IMG/VR virus record: IMGVR_UViG_3300033068_001325
DNA: 64,000 bases
Strand: one strand, 5' to 3'
From: an uncultured virus (IMG/VR IMGVR_UViG_3300033068_001325)
Taxonomy: Duplodnaviria > Heunggongvirae > Uroviricota > Caudoviricetes
A model generated the notes under the pieces. That model saw only the letters and a program-made list of their open reading frames with translations, made no database searches and had not been told where the DNA came from. Every line of letters starts with the position of its first letter. The stretch's first letter is position 1. Below, piece after piece: positions 54,674-64,000 of the stretch. The translations under genes were made by a program, and so were the position numbers.

Positions 54674-55954
54674 CTAAGCCGCTTTCTTCTTCGCGCGCTC
54701 GCGCGCAACCTGGTCGAACGATTTGCCGGTGGCCTGCAAGGTCGCCGGCATTTTCGTGAACTTCTGCCATCGACGCACGGCCAGATCGACGAAGACCGGA
54801 TTGAGCTCGAGCGCCAGGCACCGGCGCCCCGTCATCTCGGCCGCAATCATCGTGGTGCCGCTGCCGCAGTAGGGTTCGAAGACGCTATCGCCCGGTGCGC
54901 TGAAGAGCTTCAGGATTCGCTGCATGAGCGCCACGGGCTTCGCCCACGGCACCGGCCGCTCCCAATGCCCCGTCGAAAACAACTTGCTGTACTCGGCCAT
55001 TTCCAGCCCCTTCTGCGGGGCAAGCTTTCCGATTGCGACGATGTAGTCGAGATCCGGAATTAGGTGGTTGTTGTTCGCCGGCAGCGCCGCTTGTCGGTGC
55101 AGCACATACAGATCCCAAGACTCCTTCGTCGAGCGCGCCAGATCAAGATAGTCCGGCAGCAGTTCGCGCGACGTGAAGATGATGTTGGTCTCGCGCAGCT
55201 CGCACAGTTTCGACACTTCGAACTTATCGACGCCGGCGGCAATGATCTTCTTCGCCTGATTGGTCGACGGCTTGCGATAAAGGCCACCGCCGTTGCGGTC
55301 GTGCTCGTACTTGTACGGCGGGTCGGTCGCCATAAGCTTCGGGTCGTCGTCGCCGAGCAGCTTTTCTACCGTCTTCCCGTTCAACGAGTCGCCGCACATC
55401 AGGCGGTGGTCGCCCAGCAGCCAGATGTCGCCGCGCGCGCTCACCACGCGCTCTTCTTCGAGCTCGCCCTCGTCGTCAGGGTTTGCGCCGGCAGCACCGG
55501 GGTTGCCGCCAATAAACGTAGCGAGGCGCACCTTGTCGAAGCCAGTCAGGTTCAACGGATAGTTGACCTTCGCAAGCTCTGTGAGACCGACACGAAGAAG
55601 CTTGTTGTCGAAGCCAGTCATTGCCGGCAGCGCATTGTCACTGATGACGATTGCCCACTTCTCAGCCGCCGTCAGTCCCTTGCGCACGATCGTTGGAATT
55701 TTTGCGCCGATTTTGACGCATACCAAACGACGCCCATGCCCTTTCAGCACAACGTCATTTTCATCAACGAGAGCCGGCTGGTCAAAACCATGGGCCCGGA
55801 TGTTTTCTTCGATGGCGTTGAGCTGTGCCTGTGTGTGGATCTTGGGATTGTTCGGGAAAGGCTTCAGCTCGTTGGGGTCGCGCAGCACGATTTCGGTCGC
55901 GACAAATTTCAACTTTTCGATCGGAATAGCAGCTTGAGCTTTTTTCTTCCTCAT
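54674..55954 (-). CDS. ParB-N fused N6/N4 DNA methyltransferase
   Basis: NNPKIH...GHGR; GDIWLLGDHRLMCGDS; TDPPY; KPVAL; EPYCGSGTT. Confidence 0.9.
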   Translation of the reverse strand: MRKKKAQAAIPIEKLKFVATEIVLRDPNELKPFPNNPKIHTQAQLNAIEENIRAHGFDQPALVDENDVVLKGHGRRLVCVKIGAKIPTIVRKGLTAAEKWAIVISDNALPAMTGFDNKLLRVGLTELAKVNYPLNLTGFDKVRLATFIGGNPGAAGANPDDEGELEEERVVSARGDIWLLGDHRLMCGDSLNGKTVEKLLGDDDPKLMATDPPYKYEHDRNGGGLYRKPSTNQAKKIIAAGVDKFEVSKLCELRETNIIFTSRELLPDYLDLARSTKESWDLYVLHRQAALPANNNHLIPDLDYIVAIGKLAPQKGLEMAEYSKLFSTGHWERPVPWAKPVALMQRILKLFSAPGDSVFEPYCGSGTTMIAAEMTGRRCLALELNPVFVDLAVRRWQKFTKMPATLQATGKSFDQVARERAKKKAA

Positions 55955-56373
55955 GCCGTCACCGGCTCGCGCCGCGGCCGCACGCGCCCCTCGTCACGTC
56001 GAGCGTCGCTGACATTGCGACGCTTCGACATCAAGCCTCGCTTCTCGGCCCACTCGCGCATACGCCGGCGAATTCGCCTCCATGGCACCACGTCGGGAGC
56101 GTCGTCACGATCAATGTCCGCGTCGTGCCGATCGCGCAAATGCTCGCCGAGCATCGCATTGGTGTGGGCCAGGCAATCCTTGAGCATCTCACCGTCGAGA
56201 TCGAGCATGTCCAGGCGCTGCTCGATCCGGTGGCAACGAATTCCGAGCATCTTGGAATCGGCAAACCCACCGACCTGCTGCATGCGCGTGATCTCGCGCT
56301 GCTGATCGCGCACAAGCTGCTCGAGCTTCGCAATTCGCTCCTGGTCGGTCGGCGCCTTTTTCTCGTCGCCCAT
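55951..56373 (-). CDS. Hypothetical coiled-coil protein
   Basis: ATGA overlap with the methylase gene. Confidence 0.55.
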   Translation of the reverse strand: MGDEKKAPTDQERIAKLEQLVRDQQREITRMQQVGGFADSKMLGIRCHRIEQRLDMLDLDGEMLKDCLAHTNAMLGEHLRDRHDADIDRDDAPDVVPWRRIRRRMREWAEKRGLMSKRRNVSDARRDEGRVRPRREPVTA

Positions 56374-56391
56374 CTGGGTTCCCAGCCCTTC

Positions 56392-56434
56392 AAAAACGCC
56401 AACGGGCCCGGGTTTCCCTCGGGCCCGCCTGGCG
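56392..56434 (-). terminator. Intrinsic terminator / attenuator about 60 nt downstream of a TTGACA box
   Basis: CGCCA.GCGGGCCCG/CGGGCCCGTTGGCG followed by T5. Confidence 0.72.
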
Positions 56435-56515
56435 GTCCATTGCCTCTTGGCGTAATACCCCCTGCGGGGCTCGCACGCGCATTGAGTGTCACGGGTTGTC
56501 AAAATTGCAAGCGGT

Positions 56516-56551
56516 CGGACGGGTACGCGGACGGGTACGCGGACGGGTACG
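56516..56551. repeat. Three perfect 12-bp tandem repeats
   Basis: CGGACGGGTACG x3, followed by an AT-rich tract. Confidence 0.92.
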
Positions 56552-56659
56552 CGCGGGGTATGAGGATACGAATACCCAAATAAAATGATGCAAAATCAAA
56601 TGTTTGATTTTTTATCGGCATTTTGTAAAGAAAAATTTGGAATAAAGGAGGATTTTCCG

Positions 56660-57172
56660 TTGCCAGCCCCAATTCCTACAAAGACCTGCCCGAAATGCAG
56701 CCATGCCAAAAGGATTACCGATTTCTACAAATCCTCCCGAATCGGAGGGGATGGCTATGACAATGTATGCAAGAAGTGCAGGGCCCAATATTCGAAAAAC
56801 TGGCGCCAAGAAAACGTCCACATCAACTACAACATCACCAAAGATCACCACCAATACATGCTCGAAATTCGTGGCGAGCGGTGCCCAATCTGCGGTGAGA
56901 AAGACGAAGTCCCGCACATCGATCACTGCCATAAAACCGGAAAGGTCCGGGGCTTACTTTGTCAGCGATGCAACATGGCCCTCGGCTTCCTCCGAGACAA
57001 CCCGCGCGCCTGCCTTCGCGCCGCGGTCTACCTGCAGAGCGCAGGAGAGCCCGGATTCCCTTGCAATTTAGGAACACTCGATAGTCTTGTAATGGAAGCC
57101 TTCGCCAATCTCACGCCCCGCCGACGCATGAGAGTGGGGATTCGGTTCAAAGGCCCTGCTGCCGGCCATTAG
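56660..57172 (+). CDS. Endonuclease VII-like (HNH) free-standing endonuclease
   Basis: AAGGAGG then TTG; CPKC; CPICG...HIDHCHKTGKVRGLLCQRCNMALG. Confidence 0.88.
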   Translation: MPAPIPTKTCPKCSHAKRITDFYKSSRIGGDGYDNVCKKCRAQYSKNWRQENVHINYNITKDHHQYMLEIRGERCPICGEKDEVPHIDHCHKTGKVRGLLCQRCNMALGFLRDNPRACLRAAVYLQSAGEPGFPCNLGTLDSLVMEAFANLTPRRRMRVGIRFKGPAAGH

Positions 57173-57633
57173 AGCACCGCTGGAGCGTTTCCGCCAGAAT
57201 CAGGCAGGGACGCCCCATGGCGGCGCCCGCGCGCATGAGAGGCGTGCTCACGAAGCACCAGCTCGGCCTCGTAATATTGGCCAGTCACCCCCCACAGCAC
57301 CAAGGCCAACAGGAACGGGTCGACCCCGTACCGGCGCCAAAAAATCCCCTCGTTACCTGCGCGACCTTCTTCGTCATGGTGCGGCCGACACCCAGGCAAT
57401 GTCCACCGATCATCTGCCGTCTGTCCGCCCCCAGCCGGCTCCTTGCCATGCAGCCGCGAACCATCCCGCAAGTGCATAGGATCGTCAGCCTGGATCTCAC
57501 GCCCTTCGACCAAGCAGCAGACGCACGGCAGCGTCTTGATAAACTGCCGATGGCGATCGTTCTTCACGCGCGGCGTCCTCACCGGCTTCAACCGGGATTC
57601 CCATCCGCCCTCGGGCACAATGCGAGCAGCCAT
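57169..57633 (-). CDS. DUF968-like HNH-fold nuclease
   Basis: HRQFIKTLPCVCC...DPMH...DDRWTLPGCRPHH. Confidence 0.78.
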   Translation of the reverse strand: MAARIVPEGGWESRLKPVRTPRVKNDRHRQFIKTLPCVCCLVEGREIQADDPMHLRDGSRLHGKEPAGGGQTADDRWTLPGCRPHHDEEGRAGNEGIFWRRYGVDPFLLALVLWGVTGQYYEAELVLREHASHARGRRHGASLPDSGGNAPAVL

Positions 57634-57751
57634 CACCAACTCCGGCCGCAAGTCGTGCAGCTATGCACTGGCGTTCGCGTGCCGTCGACTTCGACGCGGT
57701 CGTAAAAGACCCAGCGGTGAAACACCAAACACCAAAAATATCGGAACATCT

Positions 57752-58123
57752 TCACCATGACGGCTCCTCGTCTTTGAGAATTGCTTCGATATGAGCAAGA
57801 GCGAGATCGCCATCGATCAATAATCGCGACGTTCTCAGCTTCTGTAACCGGTTCACCATGCGCGCGTTGCGCTCCATCGATCGCTGCAGCTGCTTGGCGA
57901 GCGAGGCCTCAGCGGTGGCACCCGCCGGCGGATACCAGCCGGGGATGCCGTTCAGCGCAAACGTTCGATGCACATTCTTCGTGATGTCCCAAGCCTCGAG
58001 CAGCCACTGCGGGTCGGGATGCCATGGCGTTGAACCAAACGAGATGCGCGTCGGCTCGATCGGCCGCAACGCGCGCTCGCCGCGATAGTTGGTGTAATCA
58101 ATAACGACTGCAGTCTCGCTCAT
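57752..58123 (-). CDS. Stand-alone WYL-like domain protein
   Basis: IDYTNYRGE...RPIEP..I.FGSTPWHP.PQWLLEAWD..K...RTFAL. Confidence 0.8.
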   Translation of the reverse strand: MSETAVVIDYTNYRGERALRPIEPTRISFGSTPWHPDPQWLLEAWDITKNVHRTFALNGIPGWYPPAGATAEASLAKQLQRSMERNARMVNRLQKLRTSRLLIDGDLALAHIEAILKDEEPSW

Positions 58124-58389
58124 GTCAGCCCCTTCCGAAGTTTCTTAGCTTCCTTTGTCAGCCGGCGAAGGTTTTCCTTCCCCTGCTCGGGATGGTCTCG
58201 GAATCTAGTCCAAAGCGCGATCATGTAGTTGGCGAGCGCAACGCGCGATCGCTTCGTCATGCTGCCGGCGTAGCCCGCCGGACGATCGCCGTCCCAGACA
58301 CACAGATTTGTCGTCAAGCCCACCACGCCGCTCCAAAACTCCCACGAGCAGCCCGGCGCCTTTATCGGCATTTTTTTGTGGATGTTCAT
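58120..58389 (-). CDS. Hypothetical protein
   Basis: ATGA overlaps. Confidence 0.55.
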   Translation of the reverse strand: MNIHKKMPIKAPGCSWEFWSGVVGLTTNLCVWDGDRPAGYAGSMTKRSRVALANYMIALWTRFRDHPEQGKENLRRLTKEAKKLRKGLT

Positions 58390-59219
58390 GTGGGCGCCTT
58401 TCCGTCTCGCTTGAGACCTTCAACGATCAGTTTGATTGCTTCCTTGCGGTCTCGATAAAACACCTGCCGATGCACGCCGATGTCGCGGCACTTCCTCGCG
58501 ATCGGTGCACCCCATGCGCGCCACATCGCACCGAGATTGGCAAAGCCAGCAAGGTCAGGATGCTCTTCGCGTAAATAGGTGAGGGTCCACCCAAGCGATT
58601 CTTCTGCACGGCGCATTTCGTCTGCCGACGGAAGCCCGCTCTTGAACCGATGCGCGATCGCGTTGCGTAGCGACTTGTTGCCGGCCTGGTGCACAAGGTC
58701 AGACATCTGCCTGATAACTTGAGGCATCGCATTTCCAAATTCGCGCGGATATACGCTGCCCGAGGTAGCGCGAAACAGCGTCTTGAATGCCTCGGTCAAC
58801 CGCTCCTCGACCAAACCTTCGGTCCACTCGACTCCAGAAATGCGCGCACGCGCTGTGAGCTCTTCCTGTCTCTCACGACGGCGGCGGGATAGAACACCAG
58901 GATCCACCGGCACCGTCTCGCCGGAAAACGATTCCACTCGATCGGCTTCTTTGCGCAGGAGCTGCATTTTGTCGTCGACATTTCCTACAGGGGAAATCAA
59001 GTCGTCCGGCAATGGAGCCAGAACATCTTCACGATCGATGTCGGCTTGGCCGATCAATCCATCGGGACCAACCTGCAACGGCCAGTCGCGATCCTTGAAC
59101 CTTTCCTTCAAGCGGCGTCGATGCTTTCCAAGCTTGCGGTTTTCCCGCTCGTTTTCAAGCCGACGCTCTTTGCGGTTTGCCAAAATCGCAGGATCAGAGG
59201 GCTTTTTTGTATCCACCAT
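58386..59219 (-). CDS. Putative late transcription regulator / antiterminator (DUF6362-like)
   Basis: WTEGLVEERLTEAFKTL...PSADEMRRAEESLGW and C-terminal HTH; after the replication genes, in the lambda Q position. Confidence 0.6.
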   Translation of the reverse strand: MVDTKKPSDPAILANRKERRLENERENRKLGKHRRRLKERFKDRDWPLQVGPDGLIGQADIDREDVLAPLPDDLISPVGNVDDKMQLLRKEADRVESFSGETVPVDPGVLSRRRRERQEELTARARISGVEWTEGLVEERLTEAFKTLFRATSGSVYPREFGNAMPQVIRQMSDLVHQAGNKSLRNAIAHRFKSGLPSADEMRRAEESLGWTLTYLREEHPDLAGFANLGAMWRAWGAPIARKCRDIGVHRQVFYRDRKEAIKLIVEGLKRDGKAPT

Positions 59220-59237
59220 CAGAAAGCCTGCATCATC

Positions 59238-61742
59238 CTAAAATGGCATCGGGTCTGTCGAGCTCTCGCCCGGTGCAAGAATTGGCTTTGGTGGATCCTT
59301 CTTCTTCGGAACAGGAGGCCATTGCAATCCCTTACCATATACGCGACGGCCGGTCGGCCAAATCCAATGCGTATCAGTGCCGGGCTCTTGCATAATTCCG
59401 ATGACATTGTAGGGCACCAAACTCTCGTGGAATCTGCGCGTGCGCGCCTTCAAGCGACCGCGATATTTAGCCTCGTCTTCACCCTCTTCCTTCGGCTGAC
59501 TGAGCCGATATTGGCGGGCAAGATCGGTCCACTTCACAACCTTCCCAATCGAGTTTGGAATCTGCAGGTGTGCTGGAGGAGGAACGCCGACGGTGTCGAT
59601 CGCCTTCAATAGAGCCTGGAATACACCGACGTCATGTCCCTTCAAGTAGAAGCCTTCAGGACGCGGCCGGCCAGCAGCATGCTCATCGATCACTTCGCCA
59701 GGAACATGCTGCGCTGGCTCGATCGACACCATTGACGTAATGGGGTCGCCATCTTCGTCCGTTCCGATCTCCACCGGCTCGAGAACAAACTCCCATTGCA
59801 CACGGTCATCGCCCTCGCGCTGCTTTTGAATGACGCCACGGCGAACGACTCGACCATTGTCATCACGCTTTTCCGTTTTCGCCTTCGCATCTGTGACAAC
59901 GCGCTCGATCAGAATTGCGGTCTCGATATTATTGAAAAACTGCTCATTGCCACGATGCTTTCCTTCAGCATTGGTATGGCCAATGATAATCAGCGGCGCG
60001 CCCGTCAGGTCACGCAATGTCTGATAGTTTTCGAGAATGCGATTGATGTCTTCCGACTTGATTTCGCTCGAGCCTCGCGACGCTGCATTATGCGTGTCGA
60101 CGACTACGGCTCCTAGCGGGAGCTGGAATCCTTGCGACATCTGCACAATTTCGTCAGCAAGCGCCTTGGCATTGTCTTCGCTGGCGAACAGGTTCGGCGG
60201 CCGCGTGACCCAAGCAAATGAATGCAGGTCCGCAGCTGTCATCCCGTAGTGCTGGAGATAGGCGCGCAGCCGGTTTTCAAAACCTGTGGCGCCTTCATAG
60301 GTGAGATAGACTGATCCGCATGGAATGACCTTCCTGCCGGCAAAAGGCTCACCGCTGTGCATGTGCATCAGCATGTCGAGGCACTCAAATGTTTTGCCTG
60401 ATCGGCTTGGCCCCATCAGCAGCGCGTTGTCGTGCATGGGAAGGATTCCCTTGATGCGCCACGGATAGGCGCGCACTGGAGCGCCAAGATCGAATGAAGT
60501 CTTTGCCCCGAATTTCGATTTATAGGGCTCCGGCTTCCATTCCTTCAGTCCGTCTACAATCTCCAGCAATTGCTCCTTGGTGCCGCCAGCGATATCGCGC
60601 CAGTCCTTGACGTCACCCTTCATCGGACACTGCTGCCACACGTCGCGGAAATTGAGCGACTGCACCAGCTCGACGCCAACCGCCTTCAACATCGGAGCCA
60701 GCTTGGCTACGCGCTCGGCACCTGCGCGATCGTTATCCTGGAGAATGATGACGTTACGAGCACCGCGGAAAAACTCGGCGCAGGCCGGCGTGAAATGCTT
60801 CGCTCCGCCGGAGTTGGTTACGGCCAGCAAGCCCCACTCGGTCAGCACGTCGACCTTCGCTTCACCTTCGGGAATGAAGATCGAGCGTTGATCTTCCTTC
60901 GGCTCCTGCAGCTCGTCGATCACGGCATTGGCATTGTAAAGCCAGTGATCGACGTTGCCGAGCTCGGCAAATGTGCGAACCGTGATGTTATTCCACTTCA
61001 GCCGCTCCTCATTCGCCCGCAGCCATGCAGAGCTCCGCGCCGTCTTGATGAATTCAAACGGTTCGTTGCTGTCTCGGTCCAGCACGTCAAGGCCAAGAAT
61101 CCAGGTGCCGTCGCCGGCCGGGCGGCGCTGCATGAATGTCTTCCAGATTTTGCCTTCCCGCGTGCGCTTCCACTCACCATCAGGCATGCGCTCCTGCATG
61201 CGCACGACCTGGTAGAGCAACTGGTTTTCCGGATCGACATAGTTCCACTCGGCTATGACTTCCCGTTTTCCCTGCGCAGCAGGGCGAGCGGAAGCGCCGG
61301 CATTCTCTGCAGCATCTCCCACACTTCCCGCAGCCCGATCTCCTCGAGCTGCTCGCGCACCTTCTGCTCGGCCTGGAGGGGGTCGAGATTCTCGTCCTGC
61401 ATTGTCATGTCGACCAGACGAAGCCGCAGACTGTCGAGCTCCGTTTTTGTGGCTCCCCTCCATGAGATCGACGCCGGCGAGCTGCGCAAGCTCTTTGACC
61501 GCCGCCGGGAAGTCGAGGCCTTGATAGATTTGCATGTATTCGAAGACGTCGTGCCCTTTGCCATCGCCGTCCTTTCCGAATTCGCACCAGATTTTCTTGC
61601 CGTCGTTGACCGTGAAGGACTCGTTGCCCTTCTGCACCCACTCGCCCGCACCCTTCTTCACCAACTGAATATACGAGCCGATGACGTCGCTCGGCTTCAA
61701 ACGAGTTTTGATTTCTTCGATGTCGCGCGGGTCGAATGACAT
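59238..61742 (-). CDS. Primase-helicase (TOPRIM plus RepA/AAA_25 helicase)
   Basis: IFIPEGEAKVD, ILQDNDRAG, KGDVKDW; GPSRSGKT, VVVDT, IIGHT, KQRE. Confidence 0.9.
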   Translation of the reverse strand: MSFDPRDIEEIKTRLKPSDVIGSYIQLVKKGAGEWVQKGNESFTVNDGKKIWCEFGKDGDGKGHDVFEYMQIYQGLDFPAAVKELAQLAGVDLMEGSHKNGARQSAASSGRHDNAGRESRPPPGRAEGARAARGDRAAGSVGDAAENAGASARPAAQGKREVIAEWNYVDPENQLLYQVVRMQERMPDGEWKRTREGKIWKTFMQRRPAGDGTWILGLDVLDRDSNEPFEFIKTARSSAWLRANEERLKWNNITVRTFAELGNVDHWLYNANAVIDELQEPKEDQRSIFIPEGEAKVDVLTEWGLLAVTNSGGAKHFTPACAEFFRGARNVIILQDNDRAGAERVAKLAPMLKAVGVELVQSLNFRDVWQQCPMKGDVKDWRDIAGGTKEQLLEIVDGLKEWKPEPYKSKFGAKTSFDLGAPVRAYPWRIKGILPMHDNALLMGPSRSGKTFECLDMLMHMHSGEPFAGRKVIPCGSVYLTYEGATGFENRLRAYLQHYGMTAADLHSFAWVTRPPNLFASEDNAKALADEIVQMSQGFQLPLGAVVVDTHNAASRGSSEIKSEDINRILENYQTLRDLTGAPLIIIGHTNAEGKHRGNEQFFNNIETAILIERVVTDAKAKTEKRDDNGRVVRRGVIQKQREGDDRVQWEFVLEPVEIGTDEDGDPITSMVSIEPAQHVPGEVIDEHAAGRPRPEGFYLKGHDVGVFQALLKAIDTVGVPPPAHLQIPNSIGKVVKWTDLARQYRLSQPKEEGEDEAKYRGRLKARTRRFHESLVPYNVIGIMQEPGTDTHWIWPTGRRVYGKGLQWPPVPKKKDPPKPILAPGESSTDPMPF

Positions 61743-61747
61743 TTGCG

Positions 61748-62341
61748 TCAGGACTTCCTATCGAACTTCGTTTTTTCGCGCCCCCATGTCGACCAACCTT
61801 CACGCGACTGACGCGCGAAGATGTCGGCGCGTCGCCAACCAGGAGTCAGCCGCTCGAGCTCGGCATAAAATTCATCCGGCTTGCGTGAATTTTCGCGCGC
61901 AAGACCCGGCAACTCTGCCTCACCGAAGGTCTCGATCAGGTTCTTCATATCCCGACCACGAAAGCCATGTCCCCTGCGCGCAGTAATGAGATACGGCTCG
62001 CAGACGGTGCGAACAATATGCCCGGGGCCCCATCGTAGCTTGCCGTTGACGCTGCGCTTTGACCATGCTCCGCCGGTTTTTACTTCAAGGCCGAACACAT
62101 CCTGAATAATGCGCGCCTGCTTTGCGATCAGCGGCCATGTAACCCAGAAGAAGACAACACCGCGCGGCGATAGCAGATCCTCCGGCCGCGTTTGTTCTAT
62201 TTCCTGGAGCGTCATGGTGTCGTATTGCGGCGTCTTCTTCCGACCGCTGTCGGCCCACGTCTCCCACGGCCACGGGTAGTCGATCATCACCAGATCGAAG
62301 GCACCAATAGGAAGCGGCCGGAAGAACGAATGCTCAATCAC
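61748..62341 (-). CDS. MT-A70 family adenine methyltransferase
   Basis: DLVMIDYPW...YDTMTL.EI...FFWVT...NSRKPDEFY...DIFARQSREGWSTWG. Confidence 0.88.
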   Translation of the reverse strand: MIEHSFFRPLPIGAFDLVMIDYPWPWETWADSGRKKTPQYDTMTLQEIEQTRPEDLLSPRGVVFFWVTWPLIAKQARIIQDVFGLEVKTGGAWSKRSVNGKLRWGPGHIVRTVCEPYLITARRGHGFRGRDMKNLIETFGEAELPGLARENSRKPDEFYAELERLTPGWRRADIFARQSREGWSTWGREKTKFDRKS

Positions 62342-63351
62342 GAGACTTCCTTCATGATGAGACCGAAGCCGGGATAATATTCAATTTTCAGACCGATTTC
62401 GGCGAGCTGCTTGTTCATGGCAAGGCATGCGTGCCGAACCTCATCACGATGCTTTTCCGTATTGGAGCCGATCACTTCTTGAGCCAAGAAGGCCTCGCTG
62501 ATATGCCCCTTTCCCATGGCAATTCGCAGTTTGCTCGCAAAAATGTAGTAGCGCGACGTCGGCAACATGACTGACTTGTCGCCATGATTGAACTCCACTC
62601 CCTTCGGAGCAGGAATTGTCGGCTTCGGTGCAACCTTCGGCGCCAGTGGCGCTACCTTTGGAGGAGATATGGCTGGCGCAGGCGAAGATTTTGCAGCACC
62701 AGGCAACACAAAGTTGATCCCGCTGCGCGCAAGCTTTTCAGCTTTGACAAAATCATAGAGAACAGCTGTCCAGCTATCAGGCATTGCCGCCCAATACTTC
62801 ACACGCGCCCAATCGCGAATCTGTGGTCCGGATGCGGCCCCTCCTAAGGCAGCTATCGCCTCAACTGCAATTGCCAAATTGGTAGGAATACTTGCAGGAC
62901 GCCCCGCTTTCGATGGAGCTCCTCCTACATTGCGGTTTGCTTTGGACGCTTCAACCGAAATGATACGTGCCGCTTCTTGAACGGTTTCTGCCGAGCTCGA
63001 CCGCTCGCTTCCCATCCGGGTTTCCTCGGGCGCTTCCGTGGTCTTCGCGTCTCCGCTCCCACTCGCTACGCCTTCGGCGCCGGCCATAGCCTCGTCCGTC
63101 GGCTCGGCAGAACTCTTGATTGGAGCAGTACCAGGATCGGAGAGTGTGTCTCCGGGCACAAGCCATTCAATCTCGATGCGTTCGGCAGGCCCATAGACCA
63201 TGTCGAGAATAGACTCCATGGCGCGCAGCCACTCGAGTCGATCGGCCAACGGCCACACGGCGCCGCGCGCTGGAAGACGTTTGAGCATCTCGACAATAAC
63301 CGGGTCCGTCCAACCCGGGACGCCGTCAACGCTTTCGGCTTTGCTTGTCAT
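62338..63351 (-). CDS. Hypothetical protein with possible winged-helix domains
   Basis: Long ORF; start chosen at MTSKAES after AAGG. Confidence 0.6.
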   Translation of the reverse strand: MTSKAESVDGVPGWTDPVIVEMLKRLPARGAVWPLADRLEWLRAMESILDMVYGPAERIEIEWLVPGDTLSDPGTAPIKSSAEPTDEAMAGAEGVASGSGDAKTTEAPEETRMGSERSSSAETVQEAARIISVEASKANRNVGGAPSKAGRPASIPTNLAIAVEAIAALGGAASGPQIRDWARVKYWAAMPDSWTAVLYDFVKAEKLARSGINFVLPGAAKSSPAPAISPPKVAPLAPKVAPKPTIPAPKGVEFNHGDKSVMLPTSRYYIFASKLRIAMGKGHISEAFLAQEVIGSNTEKHRDEVRHACLAMNKQLAEIGLKIEYYPGFGLIMKEVS

Positions 63352-63622
63352 CCTTCGCCGCCCTTTCCAGCTCCTGCCGCTCGAGCCACTCGACCAAAGT
63401 GCAGACATCTCGCATAGCCTGCAGCTCGCGCTGGTGCTCTTCCGCCATTCGTTTTTCCCCGCAATTCGCACCGCTGCAGGGGATAGGTTCGCCGTCTTCG
63501 TCGCGTTGCCCGCATGTCGGTGACAGGCAATTGCGCCGCGCGTAGTCCCGCAAGATGTGAACGCGATACAGCGCCCATGCGTAAATTCGATCGCGGGGGC
63601 GCTGCTCACTCAGGGATGTCAT
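63326..63622 (-). CDS. Small Cys-containing protein
   Basis: CLSPTC...CSGANC; overlaps both neighbours. Confidence 0.45.
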   Translation of the reverse strand: MTSLSEQRPRDRIYAWALYRVHILRDYARRNCLSPTCGQRDEDGEPIPCSGANCGEKRMAEEHQRELQAMRDVCTLVEWLERQELERAAKDDKQSRKR

Positions 63623-64000
63623 CGCTATCGTCAACGAACAGCCTCGCCGCCGCCCTCTCTGTTGCCCTGGTCGGCGCCGTCGGCTCGTCAAACATCTTCG
63701 GCGAATCGATGCCGCGCTTTCCGCGAGATTTCCCCTCCGTCTCCGCATACCACGCGGCAATCAGGAAGGCCTCGGCACGCTGATGGTCTTTTTTGCGCGC
63801 GAGAAAGGGCGCAATCTGCGGATAGCGGCGAATGGCCAGCTGCCGCGCGGGCTCCTTGCCGGCATCGCCTCCGGGCAAATTGAAATGGCGCTTCCACACG
63901 GCCGGCATGACGACGTGCTGCAGCGGGATTCCGAGACACGCCACTACCGCCTTGATCGCGTACCAGCCGCCGCCGAACTTGAATGTCGACGCCACGCCCA
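63606..64000 (-). CDS. RuvC-like Holliday junction resolvase, 3' part
   Basis: STFKFG...PAVWKRHF...KKDHQRAEAFLIA. Confidence 0.82.
   Translation of the reverse strand, partial: GVASTFKFGGGWYAIKAVVACLGIPLQHVVMPAVWKRHFNLPGGDAGKEPARQLAIRRYPQIAPFLARKKDHQRAEAFLIAAWYAETEGKSRGKRGIDSPKMFDEPTAPTRATERAAARLFVDDSDDIPE

Noticed and set aside
56516..56551. Tandem repeats as a CRISPR array
   Set aside because: 12-bp units with no spacers and no cas genes
57752..58123. WYL protein as part of a defence system
   Set aside because: Stand-alone small WYL-like gene in the replication operon with no adjacent defence effectors

Overview
The whole window reads as most of the genome of a GC-rich tailed dsDNA phage with a contractile tail. 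No host chromosomal genes, integrase or CI-type repressor are visible. The host is inferred to be an alphaproteobacterium (Hyphomicrobiales/Bradyrhizobium-like), from DUF3489-, DUF6362- and MT-A70-type genes and the composition. Layout: 1-7.8 kb (+) early/middle genes (two HNH endonucleases, DEDDh exonuclease, ParB-like protein, degenerate J-domain protein). 7.9-51.6 kb (-) late operon, transcribed right to left: TerS, TerL, portal, MuF, prohead protease, decoration, major capsid, neck, sheath, tube, chaperone with a -1 frameshift, tape measure, baseplate, fibres, GH19-like endolysin and lysis genes. 52.2-54.6 kb (+) island of small genes behind two near-identical promoters. 54.7-64 kb mostly (-): DNA methylases, EndoVII (+), WYL, primase-helicase, RuvC-like resolvase. 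Most striking: (1) a 1506-aa portal fused to a kinase-like domain and an R-S-E ADP-ribosyltransferase, plus a Nudix-fused prohead protease. Their domains are punctuated by repeated (L/A)AxD motifs and, in the portal, HPR motifs, suggesting enzymes that are packaged, released by protease and injected. (2) Five fibre/depolymerase-like genes within the morphogenesis operon carry Sec-type signal peptides, four of them with paired cysteines, suggesting virion appendages made outside the cytoplasm. (3) Two structured intergenic RNA candidates. (4) Homing endonuclease insertions that left recoded or truncated copies of host-gene ends. All family names come from motif recognition by eye; no database search was run.
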